Assembly: GCA_035506215.1 (NCBI GenBank)
Contig: DATJPW010000191.1
Span: 5,689 to 69,688, forward strand
Reading direction: 5' to 3'
Origin: Desulfomonilaceae bacterium
GTDB taxonomy: Bacteria; Desulfobacterota; Desulfomonilia; Desulfomonilales; Desulfomonilaceae
DNA length: 64,000 bases
Part shown: in pieces, positions 1-9,072 of the stretch
Layout: each line of letters starts with the position of its first letter
Numbering within the stretch: position 1 is the stretch's first letter
Program-made: the position numbers and the translations under genes
Notes under the pieces: generated by a model
What the model was told of the DNA's origin: nothing
The model's input: the letters and a program-made list of their open reading frames with translations, nothing else
Databases searched by the model: none

Positions 1-303
1 CAGGTGGAACGTTTACGGAGGCGAAGCGACGCTTCGAGTTCCGGAGGAACCGGTGGGGCAAGGAGATCGGACTCCTCTCCTTCCAGCCCTTTGAGGAACC
101 TGGTCAAGATTTGTAATTGTCGGCGGCTCAGTTTGCCTCGGAGGTTGCATAAGCGCTTTTCCACTACCTGCTCAAGGCACTCCGTGACATGGCTGTTTTT
201 TTGCCTACAGTTGATGAGTTCACACAGGAATCTATAATTCTCTCTGAATTCTGCCGGAACGCTTGCTAGGTCGAGATCGTCGACAGTTTTATCAACTTTC
301 ATT
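1..303 (-). CDS. hypothetical protein, N-terminal part only (ORF runs off the window start)
   Basis: ATG at 303-301 with AGGGAG about 8 nt upstream. 101 codons without a stop reach position 1. No family recognised. Confidence 0.35.
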
Positions 304-472
304 GGTGCTCCCTGTCGCCTTGGGGTAAGTCCATCAGATCGGGTACCGACGACGGCCTGCGGGCTTGCAGGCACCGGGGGGATGCGGTAGCACCATGTAA
401 CAACATTGTCAAGTATTGCTTTTATAATTAATTTTACTAGCTCAATATTATTAGTTAAACTTCTTTAATTCT

Positions 473-784
473 TCACCTGCTCCCACCACCGTCTCGGTAT
501 AGTTGCTGATGCTTTTTGAGGACGTCAGGATCTATCTTGATATTTCCCTTATACTTTTCTTTGTAGTCTTCGAGACTTTTCTTCTCTTGGTAGGAAAAGA
601 CCGTCGTTTCTATATATCCCACAATCTGTTCACCCTGAGGCAACTCTCGGACAAAGGCTACTCCGCTCATCAATGTTGTCTGGTTCACCCTGCATGCGTG
701 CACATAGCATCCCAGGACGATCCCGATTGCGGCCAATAACATGAAACAGATCAGATAGATGAAAATTTTCAACATCGGGATCAC
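473..784 (-). CDS. small membrane-anchored hypothetical protein
   Basis: 103-aa ORF with an N-terminal hydrophobic helix (IFIYLICFMLLAAIGIVLGC) and a charged C-terminal part. No family recognised. Confidence 0.4.
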   Translation of the reverse strand: MIPMLKIFIYLICFMLLAAIGIVLGCYVHACRVNQTTLMSGVAFVRELPQGEQIVGYIETTVFSYQEKKSLEDYKEKYKGNIKIDPDVLKKHQQLYRDGGGSR

Positions 785-852
785 CTCGTACGGATGGATT
801 TACGGGGACTGCCCCGCGGTGGATCAAATATGGACTAATACGATCATTCGAC

Positions 853-1737
853 TCAGAAATGATAAATCACGGCAATGCAGGCTACCAACCAGATGATTGT
901 GCAAAGAAGCAGCGGGGAATCCGTTAGAAGCAAAGCCGTTGGGGACCCTCCATCCTCTCGCCGATAAATTAGATACATGTATCGGAAAATCCCGTATGTG
1001 ACCAAGGGAATGGTAAAGGTCATCTTCTCTGCCTGTATGCCTGCTGCCGGGTTACCGAGCACCGAATATAGACAATAAAAAATGAACGTAGAGGTGGCTA
1101 CGATTTGCAGTAGCTGATCGAGCAGCGCAACGTTGTAGTTTTCGAGCACCGGACGATGACTTGTCGCATCATCCGTTAGCATTACCATTTCGTGACGGCG
1201 CTTTCCGAGGGCTAAAAAGATCGCCACTGAAAACGTACATAACACCAACCAACTGGATACGGACGCGCCCATTGCGGCCGCTCCACCCAGGACTCGTAGC
1301 AGGAAGCCTGTAGAAATGGTCAACACGTCCAGGATTACCAGATTTTTCAGTTTCAGTGAGTACAGGATCTGAAGAACCAGGTATGCTGCGAGAAAACCGT
1401 ATGCGGGCAAAGGCAACCTTGCGACGCCTGCAAGAAGAACAGCTCCTAACAGAAGCCCGAACATAAAAAGTAGGGCCGATCCGGGTGAGACCTCACCCGA
1501 TGCAAGTGGGCGGGTTTTCTTGAGAGGATGGACCCTGTCCTGTTCCATGTCCATATAGTCGTTCAACATATATGCGGCAGACGAAGTCAGGCAGAAAGCC
1601 AGGCACATTCCGGAAACTTTGATCACATCGTCCGCAACAAAAAGCTTACCGCTAAAGACCAGAGGCATGAAAACAAACCCATTCTTGATCCACTGGGTGG
1701 GCCTCATGAGTTTTATGAGAGGTTTTAAAGAGTTCAT
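853..1737 (-). CDS. UbiA-family prenyltransferase (decaprenyl-phosphate phosphoribosyltransferase-like)
   Basis: Asp-rich motif NDYMDMEQD (NDxxDxxxD) and a polytopic membrane profile over 294 aa. Confidence 0.8.
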   Translation of the reverse strand: MNSLKPLIKLMRPTQWIKNGFVFMPLVFSGKLFVADDVIKVSGMCLAFCLTSSAAYMLNDYMDMEQDRVHPLKKTRPLASGEVSPGSALLFMFGLLLGAVLLAGVARLPLPAYGFLAAYLVLQILYSLKLKNLVILDVLTISTGFLLRVLGGAAAMGASVSSWLVLCTFSVAIFLALGKRRHEMVMLTDDATSHRPVLENYNVALLDQLLQIVATSTFIFYCLYSVLGNPAAGIQAEKMTFTIPLVTYGIFRYMYLIYRREDGGSPTALLLTDSPLLLCTIIWLVACIAVIYHF

Positions 1738-1947
1738 GGGATGCGTTTGATCACCTAATCTTCAATCAAATTGAAAGTAATTCCCTAACACAAAGACCTC
1801 TGTATGTAAATTAGAACTGAAGGCAGCCGGACCGCAAGATCTCTGATGTTCTCGTTTAAGGACCTACTCCCCGTTGACTGGGCCCTTTCGATCAACACTT
1901 GGTTCGGCTGACGAAATGAGTTATTTTTTAATTGCAAAGGAGCAAGA

Positions 1948-2235
1948 ATGGGATCTATGAACGAATCGGCACTCGAAGAAAATCGCCGAATCCGCATGCT
2001 CAGAATCGTGACGGACCTCCTGGTGCAAGTACTCATGACCAGACCGATGACTTTGTCGGACGCGGACATGATGATACATGGCGTCAGAAACCTTGCGCTG
2101 AAGCTATTTCCGGGCAAAGAACATGTCTTTGATCTTATATATCTCCCCCGTTTCCGCAGGGCGCTTCGGGAGGCGGGTCTTCTGAGGCCTGACCTTCACG
2201 CGGTCACGGATGGTAATTTGGATCGGTCGAGTTAA
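1948..2235 (+). CDS. hypothetical protein
   Basis: 95-aa ORF with AAGGAG 5-6 nt upstream of the ATG and a helical-looking sequence. No family recognised. Confidence 0.45.
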   Translation: MGSMNESALEENRRIRMLRIVTDLLVQVLMTRPMTLSDADMMIHGVRNLALKLFPGKEHVFDLIYLPRFRRALREAGLLRPDLHAVTDGNLDRSS

Positions 2236-2315
2236 GAGCAATAAGAAAGTCCGGGGGAGTGGCTGCCGTTAATTACGGTTCGATTCCGTTCAACATTGTC
2301 GGGAGGCTTGGGAAC

Positions 2316-3533
2316 ATGGCTGATCTTGATATGATCAGGTCTCTGACCGTGAAAGGCACAAGCAAAATTGTGCTGGTGGTCATGGATGGACTTGGTGGGC
2401 TTCCGCGGGAGACACTAGGCCCTACAGAACTGGAGGCCGCTAACACGCCCCATCTGAACCGGCTTGCAAGAGAAGGAATGGTGGGGCTGATGCACCCGGT
2501 CGGCATCGGCATCTCACCCGGTAGCGGACCCGGTCATCTGGGCCTGTTTGGGTACGATCCGATTAAGTACTTGATCGGAAGAGGCGTGCTTGAGGCTGTT
2601 GGGATTGGGCTGACGCTTACGGACCAGGATGTGGCGGCTCGGGGGAACTTCTGCACCGTCGACGATGACGGTCTTATAACGGACCGCCGCGCAGGTAGAA
2701 TTTCGACGGAAGAATGCGGCCGAATGGTGGATCTCATAAAAGGTATTAGTCTACCCGGCGTGGATCTCATCGTTAAACCGGTCCGGGATTACCGTTTCGC
2801 TCTGGTGCTCCGGGGCACCGGACTTTCGGCCGCTCTTAATGAAACCGATCCACAGATGACCGGCGTGAAGCCGCTTGCGATCCAGCCCCTTGATGATTCG
2901 TCAGAGGCGAAATTTACAGCCGAACTTGTCCACGAGTGGGTGGAAAAAGTTCGAGAATGCATAAAGGATCAGCATCCTGCCAACATGGTCACCTTGCGAG
3001 GGTGGTCGCGGGAGCCGGGGCTCCCATCCTTCGAGGATGTGTTCAAGCTTAAAGCAGCGGCCCTAGCCGTATACCCGATGTACAAAGGTCTGGCGAGTCT
3101 GGTGGGCATGACGCTTATCCAGGGTCTCGCGACGATTGATGATCAGTTGTCCGCGTTGAAGCACCACTGGGACTCATTCGACTTCTTCTTCGTTCATTAC
3201 AAATATACTGATAGCCGGGGCGAGGACGGAGATTTCGATGCGAAAGTCCGGGAGATAGAGAAGGTCGACGCGGTGATTCCTCGCATCCTCGAGTTAAAAC
3301 CCGATATGTTGGTGGTCACGGGAGACCACTCTACGCCCGCGGTCTTGAGGTCGCATAGCTGGCATCCGGTCCCTGTTCTACTCTGGGCCCCCGGAGTTAC
3401 GCGCGCGAATCCTGATGTTACGGAATTCGGGGAAACTCAGTGCCTGCGAGGGGTCCTCGGGCAATTCAGAGGACCGGACCTAATGAATCTGATCACCGCC
3501 TACTCTCGGCGACAAGCCAAATACGGCGCTTGA
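2316..3533 (+). CDS. apgM: cofactor-independent phosphoglycerate mutase, archaeal type (ApgM)
   Basis: VVMDGLGG metalloenzyme N-terminal motif, TGDHSTP near the C-terminus and about 405 aa. Start placed at ATG 2316, behind GGGAGG at 2301-2306. Confidence 0.85.
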   Translation: MADLDMIRSLTVKGTSKIVLVVMDGLGGLPRETLGPTELEAANTPHLNRLAREGMVGLMHPVGIGISPGSGPGHLGLFGYDPIKYLIGRGVLEAVGIGLTLTDQDVAARGNFCTVDDDGLITDRRAGRISTEECGRMVDLIKGISLPGVDLIVKPVRDYRFALVLRGTGLSAALNETDPQMTGVKPLAIQPLDDSSEAKFTAELVHEWVEKVRECIKDQHPANMVTLRGWSREPGLPSFEDVFKLKAAALAVYPMYKGLASLVGMTLIQGLATIDDQLSALKHHWDSFDFFFVHYKYTDSRGEDGDFDAKVREIEKVDAVIPRILELKPDMLVVTGDHSTPAVLRSHSWHPVPVLLWAPGVTRANPDVTEFGETQCLRGVLGQFRGPDLMNLITAYSRRQAKYGA

Positions 3534-3557
3534 AAGCGAAGTGAAGAGAAAAAAGGT

Positions 3558-3615
3558 CTTGGGGAAAACTTTTTTGCAAAAAAGTTTCCCCCAAACCCCC
3601 TTCAAAAAACTCTTG
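3558..3615 (+). repeat. REP/MITE-like palindromic element, copy 1 (forward orientation)
   Basis: Hairpin GGGGAAAACTTTTTTGCAAAAAAGTTTCCCC followed by CAAACCCCCTTCAAAAAACTCTTG. Starts 24 nt after the apgM stop. Confidence 0.85.
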
Positions 3616-3768
3616 ATTAGGCGAGTCGAGCAATTACGTTGCCCAGACATACTGGCGCAACAAAGACTATGTGCCTCTTGTAAGCCTCGCCACTCGGTAA
3701 GGGTAGACCAACTGAGAGTTTTCTTCTTTCTCGTTCCCAAGCGGGAGCCTGGGACCGAGAACTATTTT

Positions 3769-3826
3769 AGGAGTTTTGGGGGAGGGGTCTGGGGAGGGCG
3801 TTTTTGCAAAAACGTCCTCCCCAGAA
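3769..3826 (-). repeat. REP/MITE-like palindromic element, copy 2 (reverse orientation)
   Basis: AGGAGTTTTGGGGGAGGGGTCTGGGGAGGGCGTTTTTGCAAAAACGTCCTCCCCAG is the reverse complement of the family consensus. Lies in the 5' region of the GSCFA gene. Confidence 0.85.
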
Positions 3827-3853
3827 TTCCCTGCCTGCCTCGGAGGCACGAAG

Positions 3854-4813
3854 ATGGCTCGTTCGGATGTTCATCCCACACATTCTTTTCAGTCGTGGCA
3901 GGTTTGGCCGGGCTCTTACGACAATGCAAAGCTTGACAAGTCATGTCTCCGGCCTCTCGGGTGTGATCTAAGGATCTCAAAATCTACCCGCATTGCGTCC
4001 ATGGGTTCCTGCTTCGCCCGTGAAATCAAGAACGTACTCATCAGAGAAGGATTTTCGTACATAACCGAAGAAACGCATCACCCGGCGGCTATTCACGCCA
4101 GTGCGGCTTGGGAGCGGGTTTATAACGTCTTCTGTATGCGCCAGATTTTCGAGTACACCTTCGGGGATTGGAATGCTGCTAAGCGGTGGTGGGAAGCGCC
4201 CGTGTCAGGAAAGATCCAGGACCCGTTTCGAAGAATAGTGCTCTATGACACCCTCGAACAGGCCGAAGCGGACTTCGTGACCCACAAACTCTGCTCCCGG
4301 AGTGCCCTGGAGAGGGCTGAGGTCCTGATTCTGACACTGGGCCTGACCGAGATCTGGGAGGATGCGATCGATGACTCGGTCATCTGTTTGCCGTCAGGCC
4401 CGTACGTCAACGAAGGCGGCGACATGGGCCGCTACCGATTCCGAGTGAGCAGATATGCAGAGAATCTGGAAAATCTTGAACGTATTCATCAAATCATGGC
4501 GTTGCACAATCCGGCGTGCCGCATCATTATCACTGTGTCGCCGGTTCATCTCTGGGCGACGTTTCGTGAAGATTCCGATGTGATCAGTGCGAGCTGTAAT
4601 TCGAAATCTACACTCCGGGCCGTAGCAGACGAGTTCGTCGCTCGTCACGAAAACGCGTACTATTTTCCGGCCTTCGAGATGGCGACCATATACCAACCGA
4701 TGATGGGCCGGCCCATCTTCGCCGAAGGCAGAGAGAACTTCCATGTCAATAGCGAAACAGTGGAACTTATCATGAAGGGTTTCTTCGAGTTCTATTGCGA
4801 TGATAATCAATAA
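3854..4813 (+). CDS. GSCFA domain-containing protein
   Basis: Literal GSCFA motif (IASMGSCFAREIKN) near the N-terminus. Start chosen at ATG 3854 behind GGAGG at 3842-3846; the longer track ORF begins inside repeat copy 2. Confidence 0.75.
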   Translation: MARSDVHPTHSFQSWQVWPGSYDNAKLDKSCLRPLGCDLRISKSTRIASMGSCFAREIKNVLIREGFSYITEETHHPAAIHASAAWERVYNVFCMRQIFEYTFGDWNAAKRWWEAPVSGKIQDPFRRIVLYDTLEQAEADFVTHKLCSRSALERAEVLILTLGLTEIWEDAIDDSVICLPSGPYVNEGGDMGRYRFRVSRYAENLENLERIHQIMALHNPACRIIITVSPVHLWATFREDSDVISASCNSKSTLRAVADEFVARHENAYYFPAFEMATIYQPMMGRPIFAEGRENFHVNSETVELIMKGFFEFYCDDNQ

Positions 4814-4966
4814 TTTCCAGCCCCCGAACTTTGCTCTTTTTCAGAATCAACAGTGAACCGGAACGACACTCAGTTTGTGGAGCAAAAAAAAGTTTTTTTG
4901 GATTTTCTGACCATTTCTTTCAAGTCGTTACCTCTCATTCCGAGAATTTGCTTTAATATCGCCTAG

Positions 4967-4996
4967 TTGACAATTTCCTTAATAAATTGATAGAAT
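4967..4996 (+). promoter_or_regulatory. sigma70-type promoter candidate
   Basis: TTGACA (4967-4972), 18-nt spacer, TAGAAT (4991-4996). Confidence 0.5.
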
Positions 4997-5003
4997 TAGC
5001 CTC

Positions 5004-6155
5004 GTGGGGAGGGAAATCCCTTTTGTGAGGATTTTCATCCCCATGCGTGTTTTTGCGGAGCCTATGCCGCGAGATTGCTGCCAACAGTTGGGGTCAGCTT
5101 GTTCGCGTCACGGTTTGCCGGAACCGGATTCAAGAATGCCGGGTGACTCATTTTCTCTCCGCATCGCTCGGGGCTCGGAAAATCACCACAAAGAAGTTTT
5201 ATTGCCTTGTTGGGGAGGGAACCGGAGAGGGCGTTCTTATAAAGACGTCCTCTCCAGCAATTTTTCGAAAATTTTATTGGTCGCAGTGGTTCTATCGCTT
5301 TGCTCTTGCACGCTCATGAGTCAGTCTCCTTATTTGACCCAGAATACCCAGGTGCCTATTCTTGAAGACGGTTGCGGGCTGGTCACGTCGCTCAACGGCC
5401 AGGTGCCGTATCAGAGATGGCGGGTCCCTCCTTGGGACATTGACATGCAATACGTGTGGCTCGTGGGCAATTACGACTTCAGAAAATACGACCGGGTTGA
5501 GATGATCCTTTACTTTCACGGCACACAGCCCAAGGACTATTACCCGGTTTTTCGCAAAGAACTTGAACAGCTTGCGCTGAAGCGACCGGACCAGCCATTT
5601 GTGTTCGTGGGTATGGTAGACAAACCTCAAATAGAGCCTGAATGCGGAAATCAAGACCGTTGGGGCATCTTGGCGCCCAAAAGAGGTGAACCGCCGGAGG
5701 CTCTGTTCCAAGTACTGAACCAGATTTTCAGGGCTTTTCGGACAAGATTCCCTAACATCAGGAAAGACAATACTCACATTGTGCTGTCAGGCTTCTCCGG
5801 TGGAGGAAAGGTGTTAAGCGCAATAGGCAACTGGCTGGCCCGCACCGACAAAGAAGATCCGTACGCAGAGGTTTTTAGGTCCCGATTGAGCAAAATCGTC
5901 TATTTTGATTGCTGGTTCGACAAAGATGTGGTCGAAACCGTACCCGCATTACTGGAAAGCAACCCGGACATGAAGATAGTGGGAACGGTCCACATGAAAA
6001 AGCCTCTTGAGCACGCCTCCATGCTCGCCAACAAATTTGGAATGAAAGCGGACAAGCAAAAACGCGAATTGGTCGGCCTGGACGGCAGACTAACCATCTA
6101 TCGGAACGATTCCCACTGGGAAGCCATGATCGGCAGACTCAAAGAAGCCCTCTGA
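5004..6155 (+). CDS. putative lipoprotein with alpha/beta-hydrolase-like serine motif (start uncertain)
   Basis: GFSGGG nucleophile-elbow-like motif (IVLSGFSGGGKV) and a lipobox-like VVLSLCSC. The first ~85 codons of the track ORF cover repeat copy 3 and look non-coding, so the real start is probably around 5271-5319 (TTG 5277, GTG 5286 or ATG 5319). Confidence 0.5.
   Translation: MGREIPFVRIFIPMRVFAEPMPRDCCQQLGSACSRHGLPEPDSRMPGDSFSLRIARGSENHHKEVLLPCWGGNRRGRSYKDVLSSNFSKILLVAVVLSLCSCTLMSQSPYLTQNTQVPILEDGCGLVTSLNGQVPYQRWRVPPWDIDMQYVWLVGNYDFRKYDRVEMILYFHGTQPKDYYPVFRKELEQLALKRPDQPFVFVGMVDKPQIEPECGNQDRWGILAPKRGEPPEALFQVLNQIFRAFRTRFPNIRKDNTHIVLSGFSGGGKVLSAIGNWLARTDKEDPYAEVFRSRLSKIVYFDCWFDKDVVETVPALLESNPDMKIVGTVHMKKPLEHASMLANKFGMKADKQKRELVGLDGRLTIYRNDSHWEAMIGRLKEAL
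5207..5257 (-). repeat. REP/MITE-like palindromic element, copy 3 (reverse orientation, diverged loop)
   Basis: GGGGAGGGAACCGGAGAGGGCGTTCTTATAAAGACGTCCTCTCCAG. Same architecture as the family, but the centre is TTATAA instead of TTGCAA. Confidence 0.7.
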
Positions 6156-6183
6156 TATCTTCTCCATTTCCCGAAACAAACGC

Positions 6184-6214
6184 TTGACCTGTCTATAGCT
6201 TCATAGTTCAAGAT
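6184..6214 (+). promoter_or_regulatory. possible long-spacer (MerR-type) promoter upstream of the merB-like gene
   Basis: TTGACC (6184-6189), 19-nt spacer containing CTATAG, then CAAGAT (6209-6214). Weak -10; speculative. Confidence 0.2.
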
Positions 6215-6328
6215 TCGTCTCTGCCGAGGGCCGCGGCACATCTCGTCGTAACGAACCGTGATCACGACCGCTTTTCAGATCAAGGTTCTCCGGCCGCGGA
6301 TATCATTTCGCATGAGGAGGCATTTGCC

Positions 6329-7090
6329 GTGAAAAACAAAATAATGATCGGCCTCTGGCGGTTTATGTTGAATGTTCCCCCATCGCTGTGGGAGAAACGG
6401 ACTCTTAAGGCAAAACAGAAATTTGCAACAGAATTTGGCTTCATGTCTGGTGAGCATCGATCAGTTCACCATTATGTGGTCAGGGAACTTCCGTATTACG
6501 GAAAGCCGTTACATCCGGAAAGCATCTCCGACAAATTGGGGCTCCCAATTGACCGGGTGAACGCCATCCTGGACGACCTGCAAGAGCATATGACATTTCT
6601 GTTCAGAAACGACCAAGGAGAAGTTGTTTGGGCCTACCCTGTAACTGTTGATAAAACGCCTCATCAAGTGACTTTTAACACCGGTGAACAATTGTACGCG
6701 GCCTGAGCTGTTGACGCGTTTGCGACGCCCTTCGTGCAAGGGCGATTGAGGCAAGAACACATTTCGGTTATCGTCAATACTGAATGCGCTCATTGCGCTC
6801 AACCCATGGAAATCGTTATCGACAGCGAGCTGCAATTCAGCGTGAAGCAGGAAGGCTGCGAGCCGATCGTCTTTATACCTGACGTAGATTTGTTTAAGCT
6901 TGAAGACGAAAGCATCATCAATGCGTTCTGAAACGAGAGCGTCTTCTTCTGGTCAGAAGAACATGCAAAAGATGATCGTAGAAAAGGACAGAGAGTGCGA
7001 GGAGCATACCTAACGGCTACGCAGATGGCACGGGGCACCAAGATAATTCAGAGCGCAATTTTCGGCTTTGACGCTGCAGTCCTTCCCTGA
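6329..7090 (+). CDS. MerB-like organomercurial (alkylmercury) lyase family protein with two predicted selenocysteines (TGA 6704-6706 and TGA 6929-6931 read as Sec)
   Basis: One continuous frame from GTG 6329 (GAGGAGG 8 nt upstream) to TGA 7088-7090, interrupted only by two TGA codons. Read-through gives LYAA-U-AVDAFATPF (MerB LYAWC96ALD99TLIFPAL) and NAF-U-NESVFFWSEEHA (MerB SFC159CHVHFFASVPTAEDWA), plus a MerB-like wHTH N-terminus and ECAHC (MerB SSHC117). A hairpin follows each TGA. Confidence 0.7.
6726..6744 (+). promoter_or_regulatory. SECIS-like hairpin 1
   Basis: 7-bp stem CGCCCTT/AAGGGCG with loop CGUGC. The stem starts 19 nt after TGA 6704-6706. Confidence 0.5.
6939..6966 (+). promoter_or_regulatory. 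SECIS-like hairpin 2
   Basis: Upper 7-bp stem TTCTTCT/AGAAGAA (6944-6950/6955-6961) with loop GGUC. Lower 4-bp stem 6939-6942/6963-6966 across a C-C mismatch. The first loop G is at +23 from the U of UGA, as I recall for E. coli fdhF. Confidence 0.55.
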
Positions 7091-7256
7091 AGCTCTCTCT
7101 TGTAATGGCTTCACTGAAGAAATCGCAGAGAACCGGAGGTTACAACAGATCCGCGCATGAGCGCGGAAGCCGCTACTAGTGGATTGTCAGCGTTCCGGTC
7201 CACCTCTGCGGTAGACGATTGCTATAAGTAATAGTATTGTAGCGTCAGGGCGAACC

Positions 7257-7820
7257 ATGTACACCATCGGAAAATTGGCCAAGAAGTTCGGGCTCTCGCG
7301 AAGTACTCTTTTGTACTATGATTCCATAGGATTGCTCAAACCCAACTCGCATACTCAGGCGGGTTACAGACACTACTCCGAAGATGACGCGAAGCGTCTG
7401 GAGCAAATCTGCCTATATCGCCGCGTCGGATTATCGCTCAAAAACATTGCGAGAGCGCTGGATTTTCCAGAAAACCGCCTCACAACTGTTCTGGAAAAGA
7501 GACTTCAAGAACTCAACGAGGACATACAACAACTGCGCGAACAGCAACGATTCATTGTGGGGATATTGAAAAACAGCGACCTATCTAGGAACATCGGGGT
7601 GATGAACAAAGATACGTGGACCTCCATACTGGCAGCGTCCGGCTTCACCGAAGAAGATATGCGGCGGTGGCACATCGACTTTGAGCGCCTTTCACCACGA
7701 AAGCATTTAGAATTTCTGCAATTTTTGTGTATTCCTGAAACGGAGATCGGGATCATCCGGTCGTGGTCTTCATCCGCTGGGAACGAAAGAGCGCATCATT
7801 CGAGTCAGTTTTGCGACTAA
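7257..7820 (+). CDS. MerR-family transcriptional regulator
   Basis: N-terminal MerR HTH (YTIGKLAKKFGLSRSTLLYYDSIGLL...GYRHYSEDD) and a coiled-coil (LQELNEDIQQLREQQ). No cysteines where the Hg-binding triad of MerR would sit. Confidence 0.8.
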   Translation: MYTIGKLAKKFGLSRSTLLYYDSIGLLKPNSHTQAGYRHYSEDDAKRLEQICLYRRVGLSLKNIARALDFPENRLTTVLEKRLQELNEDIQQLREQQRFIVGILKNSDLSRNIGVMNKDTWTSILAASGFTEEDMRRWHIDFERLSPRKHLEFLQFLCIPETEIGIIRSWSSSAGNERAHHSSQFCD

Positions 7821-7901
7821 TGTTGCGCGTTCCCGTCGGATTCACTTTCACCCCGATGCTAAACACTGATAGGCCCGATGCAACTAGCTGGGAGGCTTGG
7901 C

Positions 7902-9026
7902 ATGTCCTATGACGATATCTCAGTTCTACACTCCGGAGATGAATACGGCAACGACATGGTCGTAAAGATCTCTTTCACCAGCGGCCGGGAAATTCTCGCT
8001 CTGGCCACCAGGAACCTATACTCAGGTGATTGGGACTTCGGACCTACTTGGAATTATGTGATCAAATCAGACAAGTCTTTCCTCGTGGATACCGGTAGAA
8101 GAGGAAGGGGCCTGCAGCTCATGCAGATGATGGAAAACTCCGGGACCAAAGTTAATGATCTGGACTTCGTGATCCTCAGCCACGGTCACGAAGATCATGA
8201 CGGCGGCCTGTTTGCCTTGAATCAGACGGCCGGTCTGGAAATCATGGCTCACGAAACTTATGAGGCGCTTAGAGAATTTTCGCCAGAGCGGGCGCCGTCA
8301 ACACGGGTGGAGCGCTATCCCGCCTCTTGTTGGCATTGCCCTTTGTCAGAAAGCTTTGCGGAAAAGAATTGCAGTGAGTACCACAAGGAGCGGCGCTCGC
8401 TCAAAGTGACTTCCATCAGCCAAGAGAAGCATGATCTCGGCCAAGGAGTCTCTTTGTTTCATGTTCCCGGGCACTCACCGGATTGCATCGCTCTTCTGCT
8501 CGACGACGAGGTGATCCTCACCGGCGACACGATCCTCCCAGAGATCACTCCGCACCCATCGAGGGCGCATTACTTCGAAAGCACGCAATGCATGTTACCT
8601 CCGCATTATGCGGACACGAACCGGCTTTACGGATTGGATGTATACATTCGGTCGGTGAAGCGACTAATTGGGATCGCGGGCAGATTTCCGAACCTTACGG
8701 TTTTACCGGGCCACAGATTTTTTAACGACAGTAAATGTAACCTGCTGGATCTCGGCGCCCGCTGCAACGAGTTGATTCAACATCATATCCAGCGCTGCTC
8801 TGATTTCGTGGATCTTGTTCGTTCAGGGCCCAAGACACCTGAAGAGATTGCCCACGAATATTTTGAACCGGAATTGCTTTCGGGGTTCGGTATCAATCTT
8901 GCCCTAAACGAAGTGCTCAGTCACTGTGAACTCATGGAATTGAGTGGGGATATCATCTGGACTGACGGCAAAGTCATTTCCACCGGGACCAGGAATTCCG
9001 AGGCTTTCATCAGGAACATTGAGTAG
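7902..9026 (+). CDS. MBL-fold metallo-hydrolase
   Basis: HGHEDHDGG (HxHxDH) motif. Start at ATG 7902 behind GGGAGG. Confidence 0.75.
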   Translation: MSYDDISVLHSGDEYGNDMVVKISFTSGREILALATRNLYSGDWDFGPTWNYVIKSDKSFLVDTGRRGRGLQLMQMMENSGTKVNDLDFVILSHGHEDHDGGLFALNQTAGLEIMAHETYEALREFSPERAPSTRVERYPASCWHCPLSESFAEKNCSEYHKERRSLKVTSISQEKHDLGQGVSLFHVPGHSPDCIALLLDDEVILTGDTILPEITPHPSRAHYFESTQCMLPPHYADTNRLYGLDVYIRSVKRLIGIAGRFPNLTVLPGHRFFNDSKCNLLDLGARCNELIQHHIQRCSDFVDLVRSGPKTPEEIAHEYFEPELLSGFGINLALNEVLSHCELMELSGDIIWTDGKVISTGTRNSEAFIRNIE

Positions 9027-9072
9027 AGTTACGGAGTAGATCCTTGGGCAGCAAAACACCGCACTGCCACCG

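Noticed and set aside
4-237. + strand ORF of 77 aa at the window start.
   Set aside because: The peptide is Arg/Ser-rich and implausible. The opposite strand carries a longer ORF, open to the window edge, with an RBS and ATG at 303.
2270-2295. GGTTCGATTCC, resembling a tRNA T-loop.
   Set aside because: Only a 4-bp T-stem can form. No complementary acceptor arms or D/anticodon arms lie upstream. The sequence sits just before the apgM start.
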